The notes below the pieces were generated by a model. The model did not search any database and was not told the DNA's origin. It worked only from the letters and a program-made list of their open reading frames with translations. A stretch of 64,000 nt of DNA from Orbicella franksi (taxonomy: Eukaryota). This document shows positions 11,410 to 22,400 of this stretch, piece by piece. The stretch spans positions 30,256,001 through 30,320,000 of the forward strand of contig OZ116704.1 of assembly GCA_964199315.1 (NCBI GenBank). Direction: 5' to 3'. Each line of letters starts with the position of its first letter. Position 1 is the first letter of the stretch. Position numbers and translations under genes: made by a program.

Positions 11410-14400
11410 CTGGTGCCCATCCGTATGGGGGTGTCTACAAAACGAAGATCGAAGACCGAAGATCGAAGACCGAAGATCGAAGACCGAAGACCGAAGACCG
11501 AAGACCGAAAAACGAAGAGCTCATATAATTTTAGGCCTTTCAAACTCAAGGCAGTTATAATCATCGATAATCAGGCTTAAGTACTTTATCGGACGCTATC
11601 ACACGCGAAACCGACGGGGTCTTCGTTTTGTAGTTTAGGCCGGGTCAAACTACAAAACGAAGACCCTCGCTCAAACGCTCTTTAAGACGCCAAAAGACGC
11701 GAAACCGACTGGGTCTTCGTTTTGTAGTTTAGGCCGGGTCAAACTACAAAACGAAGACCCACGCTCAAACGCTCTTTAAGACCCCAAAACTCTTTTCCAA
11801 ATTTCGATCTCACACGATCAGGCGTTTTCTGTTAGGGGTGGACCATTAGATTTTTGATTGGGGGGGGGGGGGGGGTGGGTTGTGCAAATCCCAAAAAAAT
11901 ATCGATCATATGCTTCTAGTTTAAATAAAATATCATGCACATTTGTTATGATTTAAAAAATGATTGACAGGCCTAGCACGACTCCCACTGTTTCGTGATA
12001 AACGGTCTTTGACCTTTAGAGTTTAGCTCTAACAAGTATGTCTTTCAGAGATTTTCCTCTCCTGTAGGAGATGAAAGGAGGGTCTCTGTATATTTCTCTA
12101 AGCAGAGGTTGATCTTGGATTAAATGCCATTTGCTCATTAAAATGCTTTTAAGATTGGGCACTGATGGATTATATTGTGTGACAAAAGGCAATAATCTCT
12201 TTTGCAATTTTGGTTTCTGTTGTAGTGCCGACTTCCTGTTTTTAAATTCGATTTCTGCGAGGACTTTGTTGACCAGTTTCTCTGGATAGCCTCGAACACG
12301 CAAATTTGATCTGAAATTTTTGATCTTTTCTTCAAAACTTGTTTTTGAAGAGTTTGTTCTCAGAAGCCTAAGTGCTTCACCTTTTATAAAACCTTTTTTC
12401 ACACCTGGAGCGTGACACGAAGAGAAATGCGTGTATTGAAATTTCTCAGTCGGCTTGATATCAAAGATTGAATCTTTGTTAAATCTCTCGCCTTTGAAGA
12501 CAGTAGTGTCTAGGAAATTTATTTCCTTCTCTGATATTTCAGCCGTGAATTTAATGGTAGGATGGTGCCTGTTTGCTTCTGAAATAAACTGATCTATTTC
12601 CTCTCTGTTTGTGTTCCACAACGAGAACACGTCATCTATGTATCTCTTCCACTCAATGGGTTTTATCTTGCTTTTACCGATAATTTTAGATTCTACTGCG
12701 GACATAAAAATGTTCGCGAAAGCAACTGCCATTTTTGTCCCCATTGCGGTACCATGGGTTTGGAGATAGTTCCTTCCGTTGAAATGGAAGGAGTTCTCCT
12801 GAAGTATAAGTTTAAGCATGTTGCGGAGTGAATTTGTAGGAATGGGAGTGTTGTTCTTATAGAAGTCTTCGTATGCTATGCATACAGTGTTTATCCCTTC
12901 CTCTTGGGGGATATTGGTGTACAGGCTGGTAACATCCATTGAAACATTGAATCGTATTTTGTTGGACTTTTGTCCTTTCTATAAAGTTAATGAAATCTGT
13001 GGTATCTTTGAGGTACGATTTTTTGCGCTTTGGCAATAGGCTGGAGGATGTGGTCTATAAATGATGATATACGTTCTGTCGGACCTTCACAGCCCGAAAT
13101 TATTGGTCTTCCAGTAAGAGTCGGTTTGTGAATCTTTGTTAGTGTGTAAAACACTGGTATGCGCGGTGAGTTAGGTGTTTGAGAAAGCCATTCTTTGGTC
13201 TTTGCGTCTATGTGACTTCCTAAATGGAGTTCATTAATTAAATCTTTGACCTTTTGTGAGGTCTCCTTCACCATTGGTGTTTACAGGGGCATGTAGTTCT
13301 TTCTATCATCAAGTTGAGTTTGGCCCTCTGTTATCTTATCTTGTTTGTTCATAATGATTTTAAGAACACGAGAGAAGTGCTAGAAGCACTTGGCTGCGCC
13401 TCGTGCTTCTCTATGCACTTCTGTCGTGTTCTAAAAATCACCACGTGCTTAAATAACTCAATAATGCATTCGGATACGTTTTTTATTTCTTTAATAATGA
13501 ACTCGAACTGACCAGTCACACCCCGCGCATTTTATAAAACGTGATGAAAACGCACCATTTGTATTTGTATTAGAGAAAATTTACTACAATTTATCTCGAT
13601 TGGCTGGCTTTCAGTGTACGCATTGTCATAGAAACTGAATTAAGCGCAAACACAATGGTTTATGGCGGAAGAACAGGGTCTTAAGTAATCTAAGTTGGCA
13701 GAAGAACAGACAGACGCCGAGATTTCTAAAACAGTTTCCTCGACTGTAAGCACTTTCGGATCAGGATCCTCAAAATTGGCAACTTTCTCGAAATTATTAA
13801 CTTAAAATGAGGGCGGGGCATTTGTTTGTTGTCTTTTTGTGTCTGTTAGTTGGTTGCCAAAAGTGTCTTCAAAAATGTAACTCGGTAGATCGCGTTTTAA
13901 CCACTGAATGAATTGTTTCTTGCGTCAGTTGTTGAATGATACGCCCTGTAGATCGGGAATTAAAAAGTAAAATGAAACTGTAAAGCACACATTTTATCAT
14001 AATATTTCCCCGGGAGGAAATTAAGTTAGTTGATCATCAGACATCTTAGGAGGTTCTCGTTGAAAGTTAAAAAATAGATATTGTTAAAACATAAAAAGTA
14101 CACACGGTATATTATAATGAAATTTTTAAGACGCATTTTCGAAATATCGCAAAATCTACAGTCCGCTGCAATGCGGCAGCAAAAAGAAAATAATCTCGAG
14201 GTTCTCGTGGCTCATGTTCATATTTCAAAGTCTTGCGTAAGTCAACATGTCAAAACTTTTTTAACCGAGTAGTAAAATTAAATTTAACATCTCATACCAA
14301 ACATTTTACACGTCAAGTTTTCGAGCCTTTTGAAAACGCTAGAATTAGAATGTGGGAAACTTGCATTTAAATGTTCACATTTTGGTGGATTATTGTATAA

Positions 14401-15975
14401 ACGACAGTATTATAGACGCCGTTGTTACGGCAATCATTTTGTTACTATCGTAGAATACCATAACTATGGAATTATATTTTATCATGAGTTCGTTTCGGTT
14501 AGCATTATAAGATGTACGTTTTTAATCATAAAGGTAGTAAATTTAAATTGAACATCTCATACCAATATTTTATACTCACGGTTTCAAGACTTTTGAAGAC
14601 GCTGGAATTAGAATGTGGGAAACTTGCATTAAAATGTTCACATTTTGATTGATTATTGTATGAACGAAAGTATAAAAGACGCCGTTGTTACGGCAATCAA
14701 TCTGTTACTATCGCACAATACCGTAACTATGGAATTATATTTTATTCTGAGTTCGTTTCCGTTAGCATTATACGATGTACGTTGTAAATCTTAAAGCATT
14801 AACTCACTCGAAAATATCAGATCAAAGCTTAACGACAAGCCGGATTGTAGTCTGGATATTCACTGGCGCTGAATATTGACCTAGACAAGTTTGTATTTTT
14901 GGCACCCGAAGAATTTGTTGTTCCCCACAGGATGCCATTTTCTGTAGCATTACTTTCGTTTAATCCACATTGTCTGCTCAACATAAATATATACATGTAT
15001 ACGCGTTTCTCATGTCAGTTTCCCTTTGCTATTCCGGCAGCACAGCTCTTGGCTACCTATACTATTTTTCGGTCTAGTCTTCGAGCTTTGATCTGACAAC
15101 CTTTATGGAAAAAAAATTCTTGGCCATGCCCTACTTGGAAGGATACGCCTGTATATCAGGACAAGGAAAGGGAATGACATTCGGGTTTCAAATACAATGA
15201 ATATCGACTATACTTGGATTGAATTGTTGTAAAAATTATTTTTGATACTGTTATTCAACTGAAAAAAGGCAATAGGGAATCGGAGTATAAGAATAAGATA
15301 ATCTTTAATTTCATTATTCGTCACGCTTTCTTCAAGGAAACTGTTTGAGCGAGGGTCTTCGTTTTGTAGTTTGACCCGGCCTAAACTACAAAACGAAGAC
15401 CCAGTCGGATTCGCGTCTTTTGGCGTCTTAAAGAGCGTTTGAGCGTGGGTCTTCGTTTTGTAGTTTGACCCGGCCTAAACTACAAAACGAAGACCCAGTC
15501 GGTTTCGCGTCTTTTGGCGTCTAACAAAGCGTTTGAGCGAGGGTCTTCGTTTTGTAGTTTGACCCGGCCTAAACTACAAAACGAAGACCCAGTCGGTTTC
15601 GCGTCTTTTGGCGTCTAACAAAGCGTTTGAGCGAGGGTCTTCGTTTTGTAGTTTGACCCGGCCTAAACTACAAAACGAAGACCCAGTCGGTTTCGCGTCT
15701 TTTGGCGTCCAACAAAGCGTTTGAGCGAGGGTCTTCGTTTTGTAGTTTGACCCGGCCTAAACTACAAAACGAAGACCTAGTCGGTTTCGCGTGTGATAGC
15801 GTCCGATAAAGTACTTAAGCCTGATTATCGATGATTATAACTGCCTTGAGTTTGAAAGGCCTAAAATTATATGAGCTCTTCGTTTTTCGGTCTTCGGTCT
15901 TCGGTCTTCGATCTTCGATCTTCGTTTTGTATACACCCATCCGTATGGGCACCAACATGGTGGCCGGAAACTAAC

Positions 15976-16021
<46 letters not shown>

Positions 16022-18075
16022 CTCGAGGAACTCTAAAACATTAAAATAATACTTTTTCTAAGACATGAACTGTTCAGATAGCCAAGTTCCCCGAAATAAG
16101 TCACTTTTTTAACCATCATGACAGCCCTCTAGGCCATCATGTAAATGCCTCGTCACGCAAAAGCTTAGAAATTCACGCGTAGTGTATCACAAAACCAAGA
16201 ACCCATTCGGAGCGAAAATTTGTATGAATATTAGTTTTCAGCTGCTCTTATACATTATTTAAGTAAAATTTCAGGAAGATCAATAGTTTTGTAGTTCGAA
16301 TTTTGGTGACGTCATGTGAAAACCAGCTATAAATAGACAAGCTTTTCGCAATAGCTGTTGTGTGACGTTGCGTCATGATATGTCGCCGAGTTGTTGTTTT
16401 TGAACAGGTAACATTTTAATGTTCGGATGGAATTTCAGTTCGTGAGGCTCTACCTCGACTCCCGCTTTGTGGGATTCTCCTTCCAATGCGACTTATGTTT
16501 CTTCACTGTTATTTGTATAACATGAAGAGTTTGTCCTCAAAAGCATGATTTTCTCGCGATGGATTCCACTGAAGCCCGCGGTCGAAACTTATAATCTGAC
16601 GTTATTAAGAGCTTTAGGGCTCGCAATACCGCGGTGTTCTTAGAGACTGTTTCGACAAATGCTACGGTGCCTCAAAGAAACTGTTCGTTTGGTTTTCGAA
16701 ATGCTCTTATTTGCAGTTCACTGTTAATTTAAGATAAGAATTGTAATAGGAATGTCAAAATTCGAACCATACCCAGAAAGCAAACAGAAACAAGTTTTCA
16801 TTTTTAGTGCAACAATCGCAGCCACGAAATACATGTACCTTAACCTAGAAATGTAAAACGATACAAGTGCCCGCAATACTGACTAATACAGTGATTTCAG
16901 GGGCTTAATGTACTGACCAGCAAAATTACTCTAAAAACCTCACGGATAATGGATGACGTCATTTGCATATTATTTGCATATTATACATTGTGGTCACCAT
17001 CTGTCTTCTCATTGGCTAAAAACCTACAGTTAATTCTGGGAAACAGCGAAACGTACAGATTCTTCACTAATCTTGCAGATTAGTGAATAATCAAGGTCTC
17101 GGTTAGTGTTATCAGCCTCAGCCTTCGGCTTCGGCTGATAACACTTACCTCGACCTTGCTTATTTCGGATATCACAAGAACCTCATCCAATAATTGTTTA
17201 TAATCTGCACCACAACATAAACCCCTAGATTGCTTACGCACTCTCCGGGTTAATGAAAGAACTCACTGACGTCATTGTTGAATAATCGGCGAGGAAAATC
17301 GAGTGGCATGACATCAATTATACAAAGATTGCATCGCCACTCTTTCATTGAGTAGAGTCTGGTAACTACAGTGTATGGGCAGCAAAAATGGCATGCGAAG
17401 CTGCACGAATGAGGGTGAAAAACTTGCGACAATTTTACTCAAAATAAAATTTTTGGAAGTTTGATTGATTTCCTTGCCTGTCGCCAGCGACAGGCTTGAA
17501 TGCTTTTTTAACTGCCGCTTCCGAAAATTATTTAAAATCGACGGGTAGGCAGGTGTTAATTTGAACCTTTGACTCACGAAGGGAAAGCAACACAAAACAA
17601 TTCAAACGTAATTATTAAAACGTTTCAAATAATGAAGCTGAATTTTTGCTAACATTATGATTTATATGCGATTTTAAACCTGATTGGTTATTGCCGCGGT
17701 GTCAATGCCGTGTAAGTCATTAAACTTCCTATATATTGTTCTTGGTTTTACAGTTACACTACGTAGATAAGTAGATATTCCTCTTACCTCTGCAAGTCTT
17801 GTGCGGCCAATATAGACCGACCCAGCTTGACTGTTATGTGTGTAGGAACCCAATTCTGCTCCCGTGTGGCGCGAGTATGCTGGTGTAGCTCTTTCAAGAC
17901 CCTGCTGATACTGATCATGATAATCAGAGTATGGCACCCCCGTCCTTGAAGTCCAAGATGTGTTGTCCATGGCTTGATAGCGTGAGCGTGTTGACTTCGG
18001 TCTTCCAGAACTCTGCTGATACTGGTAATCAGAGTATGTCCTCCGCCTCTCTGAAGTTGAAGATGTGTTGCCCAT
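7778..18075 (-). CDS. Uncharacterised N-myristoylation-motif protein, paralog B (234 aa, 2 exons)
   Basis: Exon 1 is 18075-17788 (MGNTSS...PAYSRHTGAELGSYTHN...RLAE, donor GAG|GTAAGA, phase 0). Exon 2 is 8194-7778 (acceptor TTTACCCTAAACAG|, QFPYIYPMSKITVPALG...PSLLALAAA*). Structure and phase match paralog A. The 9.6-kb intron join is inferred from that parallel. Confidence 0.75.
10636..11216. mobile_element. MITE-like element
   Basis: Ends ATATCGTTTTCACTGTCACG...CGTGAAAACTATCTAT. It abuts the next element. Confidence 0.6.
11960..13325 (-). pseudogene. Penelope-like retroelement reverse transcriptase, 5'-truncated and frameshifted
   Basis: ORF 12987-13274 has KIHK...RPIISGCEGPTE. After a frameshift near 13020, ORF 12016-12939 has DVTSLYTNIP, GTAMGTKMA, RYIDD and a PLE-type tail YRRGKSLKDILVRAKL*. 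No GIY-YIG domain follows. Confidence 0.88.
14270..14797. repeat. Tandem duplication of a 265-bp unit
   Basis: 14270-14534 and 14535-14797 share TAGTAAA...AACATCTCATACCAA...GAATTAGAATGTGGGAAACTTGCATT...GACGCCGTTGTTACGGCAATCA. Confidence 0.85.
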
Positions 18076-18168
18076 CGCTTGATATACTGCTAATGAACGT
18101 AAAATTTTACATCATCCAAGACGCTGCTCTTTTACCCGAAATTCGTACACGCTAATGTCACGTGCAGG

Positions 18169-18172
<4 letters not shown>

Positions 18173-18218
<46 letters not shown>
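18173..18218. repeat. (TA)23 microsatellite
   Basis: Perfect TA run about 100 bp upstream of the paralog B ATG. Confidence 0.95.
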
Positions 18219-18223
<5 letters not shown>

Positions 18224-18639
18224 TTGCATAATCACTGATCTCTGATTGACAATTAACCGCAGTTTACGTCTCCCCTTTGGGGCTTTTGCGGTCAAGATCA
18301 TGTTTCCATTATATTATTCCACAAACTTTCTCATTCGATCTTACATTATTTGCAAAAGGTCTTTTTCTAACTGCGTAGAGATGTCATTGAGTGTAATCCT
18401 ACAGCGGCCTTTATTTTACTTTCAGCAGCGGACGAGAAAAACAACGCCGCGCTAAAGTATTTCGCGTCATCAGTTAATTGGACTTTGAGCGCACTTCAGA
18501 TTACTTCTGTATTTGAAACTTATCTGATCTCTCTGTCAGGTCAAAGGCAAGAGAACACAAAATAATTGTAGCTCAATATACGACATGTGCTCCAATTGAC
18601 GTAAGCGAGCTTCAGTATACATTGTGTTTATAGCAACGC

Positions 18640-19160
18640 CAGTAAATACTTCCGTAAACTTTAAAGGGATTTTTCCCTTGGTCACGAGGGGCAGCAGTAG
18701 ACAATAGAATTTTATCTGAAATGACCTTCGTCTGAGCAATCAAAGAAATCGAGCTTGCGATAAGATACCACAACGTTGAATAAACATAAATTATTAAGTT
18801 ATGCCAGCAAGAACACTTTCGTAGTCTTTGAAGGGATTTTTCCCTCAGCTAAGAAGGGCACCACTTCACCGATAGCACTTAACTTAAAATGACTGACCTG
18901 TGCTTCAATTAAAAGAACTAAACTTTCGGTATTAAGGATTCTGTCGCGTTCAATAAAGACTTATATATTCCGTTGTCTACAAAGGGATTTTTCCTTTGGT
19001 AACGAAGGACGGAAATACACAATAGAATTCTAGCTAAAATGAATGTTTTCTCAGTTAAAGGAACTGAGCTTTCGAAAAGATCCTACAGCGCTAACTGAAT
19101 TATGAAAACAAGAAAATATTCCGTAATCTTCAAAAGAATATTTCGTTGGTCACGAAGGCC
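18640..19160. repeat. Degenerate satellite of about 150-167-bp units (3-4 units)
   Basis: The anchor AAGGGATTTTTCC recurs near 18664, 18831 and 18982, and in degenerate form near 19133. Confidence 0.6.
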
Positions 19161-19465
19161 GAAGATAGTTCGGTCACGAAGATAGTTTGGTCACGAAGAC
19201 AGTTTGGTAACGAAGATAGTTCGGTAACGAAGATAGTTTGGTCACGAAGATATTTCGGTCAACGAAGATAGTTTGGTCACGAAGATAGTTCGGTCAACGA
19301 AGATAGTTTGGTCATGAAGATAGTTCGGTCACAAAGATAGTTCGGTAACGTAGATAGTTCGGTCACGAAGATAGTTCGGTAACGAAGATAGTTCGGTAAC
19401 GAAGAAAGTTTGGTCACGAAGATAGTTTGGTCACGAAGATAGTTTGGTCACGAAGATAGTTTGGT
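19161..19465. repeat. 17-bp minisatellite (GGTMACGAAGATAGTTY), about 18 copies
   Basis: Head-to-tail units with no spacers. Two units are 18 bp. Confidence 0.95.
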
Positions 19466-22400
19466 CTCTCGCTAGACGATGAGCGGGAGACCAAGCTATA
19501 GCTATTTCAGCGCACCGTGATCGGGAAGAACCCATCTTCTGAACATCGACTTGGAATCTTGCCGCGTTAAGGTGTCTCGTCACAGTGTTTTTTCTGGATC
19601 ATACCAAGCATTTTCAATCAGTTATGAAAATTACACCAGTACTGTGGAAGCTCTCGTAAGCGGACACCCACGGGACGCGAAAAAGCCTAACTGTGCTGGA
19701 GCTGTCCTCTTACGAGAATGGTTCTCGTAAGCGGCCACTAGAGTTGTGAGAGAAAGATGGCCGCCTACGGGAGCTCGCTAAGCTCACAAAAAACATCGGG
19801 AATACAAAAATATCACCAAATTGTTATTTATTTATTTATTGAGGAAATTCACGAAATTGCAACTACTGAAGGTAAATTTAAAAGAGGGTTGGGATAGATA
19901 GCTAAGCATTTTTCCTCATTTCGGAAACCAAATTCTGTTTGTTTTCATGTTACTTTTCAAAATTCTCGACATCTTGTTTCAGCTGTCTTCTACATTTTCT
20001 AGTTGCCTTTTTACTTTTATCTAGTGGTAAGTGCTAGTCATGACGTGACATCGCTTGCGAAATGACGTCATCAAATTTACGTTAATTTTCGACTTTGAAC
20101 CTCAGAATTTTAGAAATGACAGCAGCTGGTATGTACGTAATAAGCATCTCCCTCCCTCGTCCAACCCCCAACCCGCTCCCCCACCCCCACCCCCAAAAAT
20201 AACAATGACACAACGACAACAACAACAGCTATAACGAGCTAAACAGATAGCTTCATTTTGTATCCTTTAAGAAGAAGGGATAAATGTATAAATCCTTATG
20301 TTTTGAGGCCTTTGTTTGTTGGTTACACAGCATTTTTTCAGGTGAGCCAAACTTTTAGAATTGTTCTAGATGACAAAAATGTTACATACATAGGAACGTG
20401 TGCCCTGATGGTATATTATTTTCAAAGTTCACAAATGGTTTTCATAATCACTTACGGTAGTTTTTCATTACCGCAGGCACCACCGCTTTCCCGAAATCCC
20501 CCTCCGCCCCTATAATTATTGAGAGAACAGAGAGATCATGTTAAATCCCCCATCACTCTCACCCTTTCATCTCTAACCGCCTCTCCTACCCGTACCTCCT
20601 CTTACTCCCCTTTGGATGCTTGTAGACCTGCCTAGCAAGTAATTTCGACTTCTCAAATTTAGCCAGTGAGGCATGTCGAAAGAAGTGAAGTTAAGATGAT
20701 GTAAAAAAAAAAATGGAATGGGCTTCTACTGGTCGAGTTCATTAAAAAAATAAAAACAAAACAAACGAACAAAAAAAAAGTGGATGCAAAGTTCCATTCT
20801 AAGCGAATTTGTTGTATTTTATCAAGAGAGAAAGGAGGGCAAGAGAGTTTGTTTCCCAAATATACCTCTATTGGCGTTGTTTAATTTTTGATTTAAACTT
20901 GACTCACTTTGGGAGTGCTACTATCTTTAGTTAAGATAATTTATGTATCTTATTGTATTCTTGTAGATTCCCTTTGGCGCACACGCATTTAATTCTGAAT
21001 GTTTAGGACAAAGGTACGACACTTCGTGCAAGCGAACCTCTCCTTACGGCCGACTTATAATAAGGGCACTCATCCATGTCTGCCCTTTTGGTGTCATGTA
21101 CTTAATAGTGTATCCATGTTATCCAAACTATTGCAATGCCCTAAAATCTGATTATATGAGGCAGCCCGATTTAAGCAGATAAATGAAATAATGCGCTGAA
21201 TGGGTAGATCTTTGCTTCGAATCTCAAAGCGAAAGATGATGGTAGCCATCACTTTATACCCACTGTCAGTGTGTGTTTTTCTTTTTTTAAGGGAGCTATT
21301 CCAAATGTATGGAATATCTCATATGTCTATTTTAACGAGGGTAATATTTTGTAAGTGTCCTCGTATCATCGTGTCTCACGCATACCCATACCAGTGGGAA
21401 TCAAACTGCAAGGGAACAGAGCTTGGTTATCGCATTCATAGTCCTGATTACTACAGAGGTAAAAAGAAAATGTTTAGCTAGGCTACTCTTTCACTTGACT
21501 GATGACCTTAAATTTTTTAAAATCTGTTTAAGACAGCAGAACTCCCTACGTTGTAACTTACCGTATAGTCCACATTCAGTAGGGTACGTTCATGGAAAAA
21601 TAAAAGAAAGATCGGAGATAAATAAACAAATGAAAACACCAACAAAATAACAAAAAGATAAAAGTTTAAGCAAGGTTTTCAGAAATGGCGAGACTCTCAA
21701 CCTTCAAAGTTAAGGGCTTAGTGGGAACAACACTTGTCCCTTGTTGCTGTTGCTTGTTTCGTTTTTTTTTTTTTTTTTTTTTTAAGTATTTTGCTTTCTT
21801 AGCTGTTTTTTCCATGAGGCTAGTTATGATATGCACGTTTTTGATATGCATGACAACCATGAGCGTGGTGGAACGTTTTGGGAGTCAACAAAATACAGTA
21901 AGTAATAAACCGTTTTCTGTTGTCTACTGAACTCGGTAGCGTATTATGAGTCAGATCAATTTTGCTAAGTTCAAGGTAATGGTTATTTATTATAATGCTT
22001 AACCGGTTTTGAACATATAACAACGTCGAGAATATGATTAAGTTAAGTTTCTCCATTTTTCTTTACCTCTTAAGATTCTTGCAGGTCCCTTTTTATCCGT
22101 GGAGGAAAGGAAAAAAAAAAAAAGAAAGAAAGAAAGAAGGAAAGAAAGAAGACTGAGAAAACAAAAACACATGAACATTCGCGAAGATTCAGTCTGATTT
22201 TGTTTCTTTAAGGTACAAACAGAATCCTGTATGGAAGTCCATGTTCCAGTTTTGGAATACATCATGCGAATCAAGGGCTTTTTTTTTGGTGAAATAGATG
22301 AGATAACACAAGGAATCTTGTCCGCAAATCCGATGGCCTGCTTGTTTACAATCTTTGATTTTATGCGTGCTTGTGAACGATATTTGTTTAAAGTGTTTCT

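Larger units (their letters stand above)
11429..15938. mobile_element. Foldback/Mutator-like non-autonomous DNA transposon, 4510 bp, with modular long TIRs
   Basis: TIRs start GGGTGTCTACAAAACGAAG / CTTCGTTTTGTATACACCC. Left arm is about 11429-11790 and right arm about 15343-15938. TSD ATCCGTATGG lies at 11419-11428 and 15939-15948. The arms are built from 7-bp CGAAGAY repeats plus about 94-bp hairpin units. Confidence 0.88.
11217..16330. mobile_element. MITE (about 0.6 kb) split by a 4.5-kb insertion
   Basis: TIR GCTGGTTTTCA...TGAAAACCAGC. The two halves (to 11428 and from 15939) rejoin into the palindrome TGGTGCCCATCCGTATGGGCACCA. Confidence 0.75.

Noticed and set aside
11382-11580. ORFs with KTEDRRP / RSSVFGL repeats
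   Set aside because: These are translations of the 7-bp TIR repeats of the foldback element.
13640-13810. Minus-strand exon-like frame (EKVANFEDPDPKVL...) as captured host gene cargo in the foldback element
   Set aside because: It is short, unrecognised and has no partner exons. Only a BLASTx hit could support it.
19161-19465. CRISPR-like array
   Set aside because: The units are contiguous with no unique spacers, there are no cas genes, and the context is eukaryotic. It is a minisatellite.
20340-21460. Exon-like plus-strand segments (VSQTFRIVLDD..., IPFGAHAFNSEC..., HAYPYQWESNCKG...)
   Set aside because: The splice-like signals do not chain into one frame-consistent model and I recognise no homology. 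RNA-seq would be needed.
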